DNA of 64,000 nucleotides from positions 126,516-190,515 of the forward strand of contig CBFGKC010000001.1 in NCBI GenBank assembly GCA_965649265.1. The letters run 5' to 3'. Source of the DNA: a candidate division WOR-3 bacterium. Lineage in GTDB: Bacteria > Hydrothermota > Tepidihabitantia > B3-TA06. Positions within the stretch are counted from its first letter, which is position 1. Each line of letters begins with the position of its first letter. The notes under the pieces were generated by a model. It did no database searches. It worked only from the letters and a program-made list of their open reading frames with translations, and had not been told where the DNA came from. Shown here in pieces: positions 1 through 10,204 of the stretch. The translations under genes and the position numbers were made by a program.

Positions 1-869
1 TCCGGATCGTGCCCGGCAAGCGGCGGCACGTCGAGGGGGGAGGGGAGGTAGTCAATGATGGCGTCCAGCAAGGGCTGCACGCCCTTGTTCTTGAGGGCCG
101 ATCCGCAGAGCACGGGCACTATTTTGCCCTCAAGGGTCAACCGCCTCAACGCTTTCTTGAGCGGTGCCGACTCGCTCTTGCGGCCGGCGAGAAAATCTTC
201 TAAAATCTCCTCTTCCACCTCGCTCGCCTCGTTGACGAGGCGCTCGCGCCAGCGCCTGGCCTCCTCCACCAGCTCCCCGGGAATTTCCTCCACTATGTAC
301 TCCGCTCCCAGAGTCTCGTCCTTCCAGCGCAGCGCCTTCCACTCGACTAAATCCACTATACCCTTGAACCCCTGCTCTGCGCCCCACGGGATCTGGACGG
401 GCACGGGCTTCTGCGAAAAGCGCGCCTGCATCATGTCGACGACGCGCTCGAAATCCGCAGCCACGCGGTCCATCTTGTTTACGAGCGCTATCCTTGGAAT
501 ATGATACCTGTCCGCCTGGTGCCACACGGTCTCCGACTGTGGCTCGACGCCCGCGACCGCGTCGAAGATGACCACAGCGCCGTCGAGAACCTTGAGCGAG
601 CGTTCCACCTCGATAGTGAAATCGACGTGGCCGGGAGTATCAATCACGTTGATGCGGAAATCTTTCCAGTACACAATCGTCGCCGCGGACGTAATGGTGA
701 TGCCCCTTTCACGCTCCTGCTGCATCCAGTCCATGGTGGTCGAACCCTCGTCCACCTCGCCCATCTTGTGAATCCTCTTTGCGTAGTAGAGAATCCTCTC
801 CGTAGTAGTGGTTTTTCCGGCGTCTATATGCGCGGCTATGCCTATGTTTCGAAGCTTTAAAAGGTCCAT
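1..869 (-). CDS. fusA: Elongation factor G (5' part; runs off the window start)
   Basis: Manual translation from the ATG at 869 gives [29 protein letters not shown]...[18 protein letters not shown]...[23 protein letters not shown], the EF-G G-domain motifs. Absent from the ORF track because no stop codon lies in the window. Confidence 0.95.
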   Translation of the reverse strand, partial: MDLLKLRNIGIAAHIDAGKTTTTERILYYAKRIHKMGEVDEGSTTMDWMQQERERGITITSAATIVYWKDFRINVIDTPGHVDFTIEVERSLKVLDGAVVIFDAVAGVEPQSETVWHQADRYHIPRIALVNKMDRVAADFERVVDMMQARFSQKPVPVQIPWGAEQGFKGIVDLVEWKALRWKDETLGAEYIVEEIPGELVEEARRWRERLVNEASEVEEEILEDFLAGRKSESAPLKKALRRLTLEGKIVPVLCGSALKNKGVQPLLDAIIDYLPSPLDVPPLAGHDP

Positions 870-876
870 TGTCGGA

Positions 877-2328
877 TTAACGGGCTATTTCCTTGGCTAT
901 TTCCTTGAGGATGCCTGCGGATTTCATCCGGTCCGAAGGCAGGCAGGTCATGGTTTTGGTGTTGCGAACCTCCACCGAAACCTTTATCTCAGGTTTTGTC
1001 GGGTCCGTATTGATGACGAACGCCGGACCGGTGACCCGCTCTCTTAAAAGCGAAAGCGCAAAATTAAGATTGGCAACTTCCTCCTCCACTCCCGAATTCG
1101 CGAGAAGTATGATTCCCTGCACCTTTGCCACGAACGTCTGCCAGAGGGGCGCGAAGCGCTTGGCTCCCGGAAGCCCGTAGAGGTTGAACTGGTAAGGGCC
1201 TATCACCACCTTGCCGAAATTTAAAACCTTGTCCTCCGATTTAAGGGAGTCCTCCTCACCCGAAACGGTGTGGATGAAGATGTTTCGGGAATCCCTGTCG
1301 GTGCCTATAACGACAAGATTGAATACGTGCGTAATGGCCTGCGGCTTTAGCTCATCCCCGCCTGCCTCCTCGATATCCGCGCGCTGGCCCAGCTCCGCCA
1401 CTCCCGCCGAAATCATCGTCTTGAGAACCTCGAGGGTTCCGAAATCGGAGAAAGGGCTTTCCGTAAGCAGCTGGCGCACCGTCAGCTTTCCGTCCGCGAG
1501 CTCGGCAATGTAACTCTGCTCATCATTGAGCTCCCGTCCGTTGGCATGAATCACCGGGACGGCGTCCAGATTAAGCTCCTGCTTTATTCGCTCCGCCTCG
1601 TCCAGCTCCCGCAGCGACTCGAATATCGCCTCGTCGGTCTGGTTCTGTATCGAAGGGATCACTGAAAGACTCTCCGTGAGCTTCACCTTGAAGGTACCCT
1701 CGGACCACGAAAGCAGAGTGGGCAGAGCGGCGAGGCCGTGCTTGTTGCGGTAGTTGGCGGCTATGAGTTTTCCGGCGGCAAGGTAAAGGACTCCCTGCTC
1801 ACCGGAGGATTCCAGATACACCTCGCCCGTCTTCTGGCCGAAGGAGAGCATCTGTAAAAGATCAATAACACCGAGATCCTCGATTCTTCCCGATGTCGCG
1901 ACCTCGGACTCCTCCGAGCGCTTGAATGTCTCGCGGTAGCGCGCGTAGCGGTCCAGGAGAATTTCCATGCGCGCGAGCAACTCCCTGAACTCGAAGGGTT
2001 TCGTGAGATAATCGTCGGCTCCAAGCCTCAATCCTTTTACCTTATCCTGCGTGTCGGCGAGTGCCGAGAGAAATATGAACGGGATATTGCTCAGGTGCTC
2101 CGTTCCCCTTATGCGCTCGCAGAGCGCGTAGCCGTCCATTCCGGGCATCATTATGTCGGCAATCACTATGTCTGGCGCGTTTCCCTGCGCCTTCTCGAGC
2201 GCGACGTTCGCCGATGACGCCACCGTGACGTCGAAGCCTTGCTCCGAGAGCCTTATCTCCAGGAGATTCAAAAGATGCGGATCGTCGTCAACGACGAGGA
2301 CTTTGTATGTCGGAACCTTGGCGTTCAC
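877..2328 (-). CDS. Response regulator: REC + DUF4388 (PatA-N-like) + C-terminal degenerate MglA/CvnD-like small GTPase domain
   Basis: N-terminal receiver ([19 protein letters not shown]). Central '[27 protein letters not shown]' is typical of DUF4388. C-terminal '[25 protein letters not shown]' resembles MglA/CvnD GTPases. Confidence 0.8.
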   Translation of the reverse strand: MNAKVPTYKVLVVDDDPHLLNLLEIRLSEQGFDVTVASSANVALEKAQGNAPDIVIADIMMPGMDGYALCERIRGTEHLSNIPFIFLSALADTQDKVKGLRLGADDYLTKPFEFRELLARMEILLDRYARYRETFKRSEESEVATSGRIEDLGVIDLLQMLSFGQKTGEVYLESSGEQGVLYLAAGKLIAANYRNKHGLAALPTLLSWSEGTFKVKLTESLSVIPSIQNQTDEAIFESLRELDEAERIKQELNLDAVPVIHANGRELNDEQSYIAELADGKLTVRQLLTESPFSDFGTLEVLKTMISAGVAELGQRADIEEAGGDELKPQAITHVFNLVVIGTDRDSRNIFIHTVSGEEDSLKSEDKVLNFGKVVIGPYQFNLYGLPGAKRFAPLWQTFVAKVQGIILLANSGVEEEVANLNFALSLLRERVTGPAFVINTDPTKPEIKVSVEVRNTKTMTCLPSDRMKSAGILKEIAKEIAR

Positions 2329-2711
2329 GGCTTGTTCCTTGCAGAGGTGCGTTCAAGAACCGCCGCTATATCCGCCGCCACCTGCCGCGTGTCTATGGGT
2401 TTGGCTATGAAACCGTCGCACCCGCACGCGTTGACTATCTCCTCGTCATGCCTGTCGGATATTGCCGTGACCGCTATCACCGGTATCTTCTTCAAATCCA
2501 CATCTCTCTTTATGATTCGGGTCGCCTCGTAGCCGTCCATTCCGGGCAGATGCATGTCCATGAGAATCAAATCGGGTTTGAGTTCCCTTGCCAGCGCTAT
2601 GCCCTCATCGGCGGTCTGGGCGCATCTTACCACGTGGCCGACCATTTCCAGAAGCACGCGCAGGAGCTCCTGGTTGCCTTCGTTATCCTCAACCACGAGA
2701 ATGGTGCTCAC
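2325..2711 (-). CDS. Single-domain response regulator (DivK/CheY-like)
   Basis: 128 aa with ILVVEDN, DMHLPGMDG and KPI receiver motifs. Overlaps both neighbours by 4 bp. Confidence 0.9.
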   Translation of the reverse strand: MSTILVVEDNEGNQELLRVLLEMVGHVVRCAQTADEGIALARELKPDLILMDMHLPGMDGYEATRIIKRDVDLKKIPVIAVTAISDRHDEEIVNACGCDGFIAKPIDTRQVAADIAAVLERTSARNKP

Positions 2712-4261
2712 GACTGTTTCTCCTCGGTCGTCTGGCGGCCCAGGAGCTCGCCGATCTTGCGCCTGAGCGATGTACGATCGAGCTGGGCCTTGGTGAATAT
2801 ATCCCTGATGTTGCGGCCAAGATTGGCGCGGTCTATCTCCGTCAAATCCTTCGCGGTAAACAAAATCACGGGCAGGCTCTTCGTAATCTCATCCGACTCG
2901 AGCAGCCGCATGACGTCGAAGCCGTCGAGGTCGGGCATCATCAAATCGAGAACCACGAGGTCGGGTTTCTCCTTGCGCGCCGTCTTTACCCCCTCCACCC
3001 CGCTCGCGGCCTTCAGCACCTCGTAGCCGTCAATCTTGAGCATCTCCTCGATGAGACTTATATCCGCGGGATTGTCGTCAATGACGAGCACGCGGTGTGT
3101 CTTGCGGCCCTTCTGGGCGAGCCGCTCAATCTTGGACAGGAGTTCGAGTCTTGCGACCGGTTTGACCATGTAGTCCACGGCTCCAAGCGAGAGCCCGAAG
3201 CTCTTGTCCTCCACAATCGAAACGACGATTATCGGAATATCCTTTGTCTCCGGAAGCTCCTTTAACCGGTGAAGCACGCGCCAGCCGTCCATCTCGGGAA
3301 GAAGAATGTCCAGCGTTATCGCGGCCGGCAGGAGGGTTATTGCCTTGCGCAGCGCCTCCTCCCCAGTCGTTGCGACCTCGACCTTGTAGCCGGCGTCCGC
3401 GAGCCACACAGACATGAGATTTGCCGCAAGCTGGTTGTCCTCGACCACGAGAACGGGCTTGTCGGTGGGCGGAGGAAGCTTTTCCTTCAACTCGCCGGCG
3501 GCGGCCTCCATTGCCGGAGTCTTGGGCTGCTCGAACTTGACGAACGGGAGCTTTATCGTGAACGTGGAGCCCTTGCCGGGTGCGCTCGAGACGTCAATGG
3601 ACCCGCCCTGAATCTCAAGAAGCTTCTTTACGAGCGCGAGCCCGAGCCCCGTGCCCTCATATCTTCTTGTGGTAGATGCATCCACCTGATGGAATGCGTC
3701 GAAAACCTTTTTTATTTCCTCCTCCTCGATCCCTATCCCCGTGTCCGAGACCGAGACCACCAGCTTGTCACTTATCTTGCCGGCCTTGATGTTCACGTTG
3801 CCCTTCTCGGTGAACTTGACCGCGTTGGAAAGGAGGTTGTCTATAATCTGGGCAAGCTTGCGCCGGTCGGTCAACAAAGTCTCCAGAGGCTCAATCTCGA
3901 CAGTTATCTTTATTCCCTTTCTCTCCGCCAGCACGTTGTATGCCTTCAGGACATCATCCACAATCAGCGCGAGATCGGTCGGTTCGTTGAATATCTCGAG
4001 CATACCGGCCTCGAGCCTTGAGAAATCCAGAATGTCGTTCACGAGACGCAGAAGGTGGGTTCCCGACGAGTGTATGATGCTTATATAATGAGATTGCTTT
4101 TCGTTAAGACCGCCGACAAGACCGTCCATGAGGAGTTCCGAGAATCCTATTATCGAGTTCAAGGGCGTACGGAGTTCGTGGCTCATGCTTGCTAAAAACT
4201 GAGACTTGAGCCTTGCGGTCTCAATAATCTCCTGGGCTCTTTTGTTATCGTCCTGCTTCAA
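2708..4261 (-). CDS. Cytoplasmic hybrid histidine kinase (HisKA-HATPase-REC-REC)
   Basis: MSHELRTPLNSI H-box, NLLSNAVKFT N-box, DTGIGI and GTGLGL G-boxes, then two receiver domains. TTG start preceded by AGGAGG. Confidence 0.92.
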   Translation of the reverse strand: MKQDDNKRAQEIIETARLKSQFLASMSHELRTPLNSIIGFSELLMDGLVGGLNEKQSHYISIIHSSGTHLLRLVNDILDFSRLEAGMLEIFNEPTDLALIVDDVLKAYNVLAERKGIKITVEIEPLETLLTDRRKLAQIIDNLLSNAVKFTEKGNVNIKAGKISDKLVVSVSDTGIGIEEEEIKKVFDAFHQVDASTTRRYEGTGLGLALVKKLLEIQGGSIDVSSAPGKGSTFTIKLPFVKFEQPKTPAMEAAAGELKEKLPPPTDKPVLVVEDNQLAANLMSVWLADAGYKVEVATTGEEALRKAITLLPAAITLDILLPEMDGWRVLHRLKELPETKDIPIIVVSIVEDKSFGLSLGAVDYMVKPVARLELLSKIERLAQKGRKTHRVLVIDDNPADISLIEEMLKIDGYEVLKAASGVEGVKTARKEKPDLVVLDLMMPDLDGFDVMRLLESDEITKSLPVILFTAKDLTEIDRANLGRNIRDIFTKAQLDRTSLRRKIGELLGRQTTEEKQS

Positions 4262-4843
4262 CTGGCCTCCTAGGCGAAAAGCATAAAACCGTGGTAGATA
4301 TGTAGTTTAAGCCGGGTTTAAGAATTGTCAAGATGTAACGTTTCTAAAAAAGCGAAAAATTAAACGAATATCCCGGAAACTTAACACCGTAAAAACTTGC
4401 AGCAAATAAACGCTCGAGTCTTTCCCTAGGTGTGTAAAAAAGTGCCTCTTATTTCATCTTCTGTGCCGCGTATATTCATCCTCTATATAATATGTACATA
4501 CCGCACGAATCATTTTGGGACACTTAAAGCTGTCGGGAACCCCGTTCATCGAGCCCGTCATTTGGACCTGCTGCGGACCCCCTCCCCCCTGTCACTCGAC
4601 TCTCACCGATCTCCATCGACGAACGCCGGCTTTTACCCTTTGCTGCAAGCTCCTCTAAAAACAAGGTTCATACGCCGTTTAGCTCGCAGCCTTCAAGCCC
4701 CTGACGGTACTTAGCGCAGGCCGATTGTATCGGAGACATAATATTAATAGTTCTTGCTTGATTAATGTATTGTTTCTTAAATCGATACCGATTCGATACC
4801 TGCCTGTGGGGAGCATGGTCAAGTGGAATGGTGCTTACGAGTA

Positions 4844-4872
4844 TTGACATCCAAAACTTACAGGGGTATACT
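4844..4872 (+). promoter_or_regulatory. sigma70-type promoter of the large kinase/NtrC operon
   Basis: TTGACA-17 nt-TATACT about 100 bp upstream of the ATG at 4970. Confidence 0.65.
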
Positions 4873-4969
4873 ATCCTTGAATTTGGATCGGTTGTATGAA
4901 TTCCGGACAGGGGAATCACGCAACCTCCGTCTTAAACCAGGATTTGCACATCAAGGAGGGTAATGCCTG

Positions 4970-7900
4970 ATGGGCAGAAATTCCGGTGCGGCCGAAGGGC
5001 CTGTAACCGTCGAAAAAGAAAGGAAAATCAAGGACGTATTCCGCGTGAGGCTTATTCGTGGATTTCTGTTTTGGGGAGTGGTTGCAGGCGCGCTCATGTG
5101 GTTTACAGGGACCCTGATCGAGAGCGTCTTCTTTACTTACCGCCCGTATCTCGAGCAGCTGCTTTATCCGGCGACTTATACGCTGGTCGTTCACATCTCA
5201 TCGTCTTTGATATGCGTCGGTGTGGGTGTCGCACTCGAGCTCGCCCACAAACGCTACCGCAAGAGCCAGAACCGGCGTGCTGAGGAACTATCCACCCTTT
5301 TCGAAACCAGCGCGGCGGTATCTTCGACTCTTGATGAGTCCGACCTCAGACAGTTGATTGTCGACAGGGCGGGCGAGCTTTTGCGCGCGGACGGCTGCAT
5401 CTTTTACGGCTACGACGAGGTTCAAAAAGTGCTTGTGCCCATGGCCACGAGCGTCAACCTTTACCGGGAAGAGATAATGCGGTTCAACGTACCCATGGGC
5501 GAGGGAATCACGGGGCGCGCCGCGCTCGAGCGTCGTACGATTCTCGCGAATAAGGTGCATCTCAATCCCGAGGCAAAGCACATTCCGGGTACACCAAACA
5601 ACCCGACGTCGATTCTTGCGGCACCTCTGGTCTCGGGCAGCGAGTTCCTCGGCGCCATGAGCGTTCTTCGCCTGAGCGAAAGGGATTTCAACGAGCATGA
5701 CCTGGGCCTTTTCACCCTTTTCGTGAGCCAGGCTTCCGAGGCTGCGGGGCACTCAAGGCTCTTCAGCAGGCTGCGCGAATCGGAGAAGCGTTTCCGCAGC
5801 TTTGAAGGTGTGGTCACCGATATGATCTACCGGTACGATACCGGCCGCAAGGATTACGACTTCATCTCTCCTTCCTTCGAGACCATGACCGGATACACCA
5901 TCGCGGAGATCCGGAAAAACCCGCCGCATTTCTGGGAGAACCTCGTGTACCCAGAGGACGCCCAGAGGGTGAAAGACGAGATCAAGACCCAGCTCTCCAC
6001 CCGGGGGGGCGACGATTCGTACAACCTTGAATACAGGATCGTAGCCAAGTCGGGTGAGGTGCTTTGCGTGAACGAGCGCGGCAACTTCGAGCTGGACAGG
6101 GATGGTAATATAGCGAGCTTTAACGGCGTCGTAAGAGACATAACGGAACGCAAACACACCGAGCTTCTTAGAGAAGTTAAAGCCAGGCTGCTCGAAAAGC
6201 TGCGCCAGGCCGGGAGCATCGAGGACTGCCTCAACCGGGGCTGCCAGGCCGTCAGTGAGGCAAGGCTCTTCAAACGCGCGATTTTCACCACGAAGGACGA
6301 GAACGGTATGACCACCCACATCGGCCAGACCGGGATAGACCGGGCGCTGCTCGAAGAGATGAACAAAAAGCCGCCTGCTCCGAAAGAGCTGCTTGCGCGC
6401 GTCCTCAGGGAAGAGTTCAAGATAAGCCACTCGTACTTTGTAACCGCAGAATCGGGAGCCAACCTGGAGATAGCAAAAACCGGCCGGTATCTCTTGCAAG
6501 AGGAATCGTCCGGAGCGGGACCCAACGCCTGGCAAAGGGGAGACGAACTTCTCGTTCCGATGTTCGGTATGGACGGTTCGATGGAGAGTTTCCTTACCGT
6601 GGACACGCCTTACAGCGGCGCGCGTCCCGACAAGGCTACGGTGTTATATCTCGAAGACATTGCCGATATTGTGGCACGCCAGATTCACGAGATTGAGAAT
6701 CTCGAGGCACTCCGGACCTCGGAGGAGCTGAGCAGGACGGTAATTGAGCGTTCTCCTCTGGGGGTCTCAATACGAAACAAAAACGGCAAGCTTTTGAGTG
6801 CGAACGAAGCCTGGAAGAAAATCTGGGCTATGCCGGAAGTGGAATACAGGGCGGATTTGAAAAGGGAGAGACAGGAGCTTCACTTTGAAAAAAGGGACTC
6901 GTATCTTAAAACCTGGCAGCCGCAGGTCAGGGAGATATACGAGAAGGGCGGGTACCTGCATATCCCGGAGGTCCAGGTTCTGAATCCAAGGCCGGGCGGT
7001 GCCCTGTGGGTATCGCACCATTTTTACGCGATAAGGGGTTCGTCGGGTGAGGTAAGCAATGTGGTGATTCTCACGGAGGACATCTCGGACCATAAAAAGG
7101 CCGAAGAGGCGCTCATGGATTCGGAGGAACGTTACCGCAGCCTTACGGAGAGCGCTCTCGTGGGGATATACATCTTCTCGCCCGATAACCGCTTTCTTTA
7201 CGCGAACCCGGCTACCGAAAAGATTTTCGGATACACGCGCGAAGAGCTTATGGCGATGGAGAACCCCTGGGGTGTCGTCCTCGAAGAAGACATTGAAAAC
7301 GTCATAAACGAACGTGAAAGGATGCGGTTGCGCGGAGAGTTCGTGCCTCCGACGTACGACCTTCGCATACGCCGCAAATCCGGCGAGGTGGCGGTTCTCG
7401 AGATCAAATCGCACCCGATAATATTCGAAGGCAAAACGGCCTACCTGGGCAACTGCATCGACATAACCGAGCGTAAAAGAGTCCAGGATGCGCTTTCGAG
7501 GGAGCACAGCGCATTCAGGATAATAGCCGAGGCATCCATTCGCGCCGAGAATATTCCCGATTTGTGCCAGCGTGTGCTTTCGGGACTTGTTGACGCGCTC
7601 GGTTTCGACGCCGGAACCTTCAGGCTCTACGACGAGGGGGAAAGCGTTCTCGAACTGGTTGCATCTGTGGGCCTGAGGGAAGAGGAAAAAGCCAATCTCG
7701 TGTACTTGCAGACTATCGACGACCCTCGTTACGTGGCCGCGTTTACGGCGCGTACGCGCAAGCCGTTGATTGTTCCTGACGTCGCTAAGGAAGAAATGCT
7801 CGATCCTTACCTCGAAAGGCTGAATAAATTTTCCGAGCGCTCGCTCATATCATGGCCCATGCTCGGTGCGCGGGAGAATCTTCTCGGGATATGGCATCTG

Positions 7901-10204
7901 TGGTCGAGGGAAAGGGTCGAAATCTCAGGTACCGATCAGAGCTTCTTTGAACGAGTCTCAGGCATGTTCGGCGCTGCACTCGAACGCAAGCACGCGGAGG
8001 AGGCGCTTCGCGAATCCGAGGAGCGCTACCGCGCGTTCACCGAGGAGGCAATGGTCGGCGTTTACATATACCGCGAGGGCAGTTTCCTTTTCGTGAACCG
8101 GGAGATGGAGCGCATCTCAGGATACTCGAGGGAGGAACTCCTAGCCAACCCTCCCGACATCATGGTTCTTCCCGAGGAGGAGGAGAGTCTGAAGGCGCGT
8201 GAGCGCGACCAGAAGGAGGGCAGGGAGGTTCCGAGACAGTACAACATGAGAATCTATCGTAAGACCGGCGAGATATCGATGCTCGAGGTCCGCACGAGGC
8301 CCATCATCTACGGCGGCGAAATGGCCTTCCTGGGCAACTGCGTGGACGTGACCGAGGTCCGCAAGATGCAAGAAGCGCTTAGTGAATCCGAGGAGCGCTA
8401 CCGTGTTCTCACCGAGGAAGCCATGATGGGCATCTACGTCGCATCGGGCTCCAGATTCGTATTCGCAAACCCGGCCATGGAGAAAATAACGGGCTATTCG
8501 AGGGAAGAGCTTCTCGGGCTCTCGCTGGAGGATATTATCCATCCGGAGGAACTAGATGTAGCAAAGGAGCGCGAAAGTCAGCTTAAACCCGGTGAACCCG
8601 ACCAGTACAACATGAGAATCAAGAAAAAGGACGGTGGTCTGGCAGTGCTCGAGGTGCGCACCAGGCCGCTCTCCTCGACAGGGGAAGGGTCAGTCTTTTT
8701 GGGCAACTGCGTGGATGTGACCGAACTCGTGAACCAGAGGGCGCAAATCGAGCACGCGAAGCTTGAATGGGAACGCACCTTCGATTCGATACCGGACATG
8801 GTAATGATACTCGACATCCAGCAGAATATCATCAGGGCAAACAGAGCGGTGGCCGAATACATGGCAGTGGGCTTTCCGGAACTTTTGGGCAAGAAATACC
8901 TTGAAGTCTTTCACTTGAAAGGCAGGGAAAGCGCCGCGATCCGCAGGATACAGTCAAAGATTCCCGAGCACTTTGAGATAGCCGATCCCGTGACGAAGAG
9001 AACGTTCTCGGTCTCTGTCGCCCCTCTTCTCGATCCATCGGGCGAGGTGCTTGCGAGGGTTTACGTGGCCCGTGACATAACGGACATGAGGAGCATAGAG
9101 GAGGCGCTCGTTCAGTCCGAAGCACAGTTCAGAGGGCTTGCCGAAAGCGCACAGGACGTCATATTCAGCCTCGATCATGAAGGAAAAGTCCTCTACATCA
9201 ACCCGGCGCTGAAGGAGATTTTCGACTACGACCCCGCCAGTATAGTGGGGGTGACGGTAAGAGATCTTATCGAAACAAGGAACGTGCCGGCCTCGACGCG
9301 ATCGGTCATATACGAGAATCTCTTTGAGCGAACACTTAAGGGGAAAACGGCCGTTTTCGAGATAGAGATAGAGGATGCGTCCAAACGCATCCACGTTCTT
9401 GAGGTCTCTGTAAGAAAACTCCCGAACCAGATTCTGGGAATTGCTCGCGACATCACGAATCGCAAGCGAATGGAAGAACAGCTCATAAGGGCTTCCAAGC
9501 TGGCATCCATAGGCGTACTGGCCGCAGGCATCGCGCACCAGGTCAACAATCCCCTCGCGATCATGCTCGCCACTTCCACCGTGCTGCGGGATATTATTTC
9601 TTCGAACTCCCAGATACCGCCTCAGGTGTCCGAGGAAGCTTCAAAATACCTCGATACCATGGAGATACAGGTCGAGAGAACTCGCAGGGTCGTTTCAGGT
9701 CTCCTTGAATTCACCCAGCCCAAGCGAAGCGAGGTCGAGCCCTCGGACGTTAACGTGATTGTCAGCGAAGCACTCGAACTGCTTGCCGATCCGCTCGATT
9801 CATCCAACCTTGACCTCGACGTCACGTTCGACGACGATCTGCCGCTCGTACTGGTCGATCCTGTTGCCTTGCAGCAATCTCTCATCAACATTATCCAGAA
9901 TGCCTATGAAGCCATGAACGGAAAGGGCAAGCTTGAGGTAAAAATAGAAAGATCAGGGAGCGATACCATCCGCATTACGCTCTCCGATAACGGCCCTGGG
10001 ATTCCGCCTTATTTGAAGGAAGAAATATTCGAGCCGTTATTCACGACGAAGACTGACAGAAAGGGCACCGGTCTTGGGCTTCCAGTGAGTGTCATGCTCC
10101 TGGAACGCTTTGGCGGCAGTATTCGTCTCGAGGATACTCCCGGCGGCGGAGCGACGTTCGTTATAGAAGTTCCGATACGAGAAAAGGAGCAGGATGCAAG
10201 CTGA
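4970..10204 (+). CDS. Large membrane-anchored multi-GAF/multi-PAS sensor histidine kinase (NtrB-like)
   Basis: Two N-terminal hydrophobic helices, GAF domains, about 7 PAS domains ending in DITERK-like motifs, H-box AAGIAHQVNNPL, then N-box and G-boxes (DNGPGI, GTGLGL). Confidence 0.92.
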   Translation: MGRNSGAAEGPVTVEKERKIKDVFRVRLIRGFLFWGVVAGALMWFTGTLIESVFFTYRPYLEQLLYPATYTLVVHISSSLICVGVGVALELAHKRYRKSQNRRAEELSTLFETSAAVSSTLDESDLRQLIVDRAGELLRADGCIFYGYDEVQKVLVPMATSVNLYREEIMRFNVPMGEGITGRAALERRTILANKVHLNPEAKHIPGTPNNPTSILAAPLVSGSEFLGAMSVLRLSERDFNEHDLGLFTLFVSQASEAAGHSRLFSRLRESEKRFRSFEGVVTDMIYRYDTGRKDYDFISPSFETMTGYTIAEIRKNPPHFWENLVYPEDAQRVKDEIKTQLSTRGGDDSYNLEYRIVAKSGEVLCVNERGNFELDRDGNIASFNGVVRDITERKHTELLREVKARLLEKLRQAGSIEDCLNRGCQAVSEARLFKRAIFTTKDENGMTTHIGQTGIDRALLEEMNKKPPAPKELLARVLREEFKISHSYFVTAESGANLEIAKTGRYLLQEESSGAGPNAWQRGDELLVPMFGMDGSMESFLTVDTPYSGARPDKATVLYLEDIADIVARQIHEIENLEALRTSEELSRTVIERSPLGVSIRNKNGKLLSANEAWKKIWAMPEVEYRADLKRERQELHFEKRDSYLKTWQPQVREIYEKGGYLHIPEVQVLNPRPGGALWVSHHFYAIRGSSGEVSNVVILTEDISDHKKAEEALMDSEERYRSLTESALVGIYIFSPDNRFLYANPATEKIFGYTREELMAMENPWGVVLEEDIENVINERERMRLRGEFVPPTYDLRIRRKSGEVAVLEIKSHPIIFEGKTAYLGNCIDITERKRVQDALSREHSAFRIIAEASIRAENIPDLCQRVLSGLVDALGFDAGTFRLYDEGESVLELVASVGLREEEKANLVYLQTIDDPRYVAAFTARTRKPLIVPDVAKEEMLDPYLERLNKFSERSLISWPMLGARENLLGIWHLWSRERVEISGTDQSFFERVSGMFGAALERKHAEEALRESEERYRAFTEEAMVGVYIYREGSFLFVNREMERISGYSREELLANPPDIMVLPEEEESLKARERDQKEGREVPRQYNMRIYRKTGEISMLEVRTRPIIYGGEMAFLGNCVDVTEVRKMQEALSESEERYRVLTEEAMMGIYVASGSRFVFANPAMEKITGYSREELLGLSLEDIIHPEELDVAKERESQLKPGEPDQYNMRIKKKDGGLAVLEVRTRPLSSTGEGSVFLGNCVDVTELVNQRAQIEHAKLEWERTFDSIPDMVMILDIQQNIIRANRAVAEYMAVGFPELLGKKYLEVFHLKGRESAAIRRIQSKIPEHFEIADPVTKRTFSVSVAPLLDPSGEVLARVYVARDITDMRSIEEALVQSEAQFRGLAESAQDVIFSLDHEGKVLYINPALKEIFDYDPASIVGVTVRDLIETRNVPASTRSVIYENLFERTLKGKTAVFEIEIEDASKRIHVLEVSVRKLPNQILGIARDITNRKRMEEQLIRASKLASIGVLAAGIAHQVNNPLAIMLATSTVLRDIISSNSQIPPQVSEEASKYLDTMEIQVERTRRVVSGLLEFTQPKRSEVEPSDVNVIVSEALELLADPLDSSNLDLDVTFDDDLPLVLVDPVALQQSLINIIQNAYEAMNGKGKLEVKIERSGSDTIRITLSDNGPGIPPYLKEEIFEPLFTTKTDRKGTGLGLPVSVMLLERFGGSIRLEDTPGGGATFVIEVPIREKEQDAS

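Noticed and set aside
9-860. Plus-strand ORFs over 1-860 and other long antisense ORFs (e.g. 10037-10990, 21010-21948, 31809-32606, 63007-63834)
   Set aside because: These are shadow ORFs opposite well-supported genes in GC-rich DNA and show no recognisable motifs.
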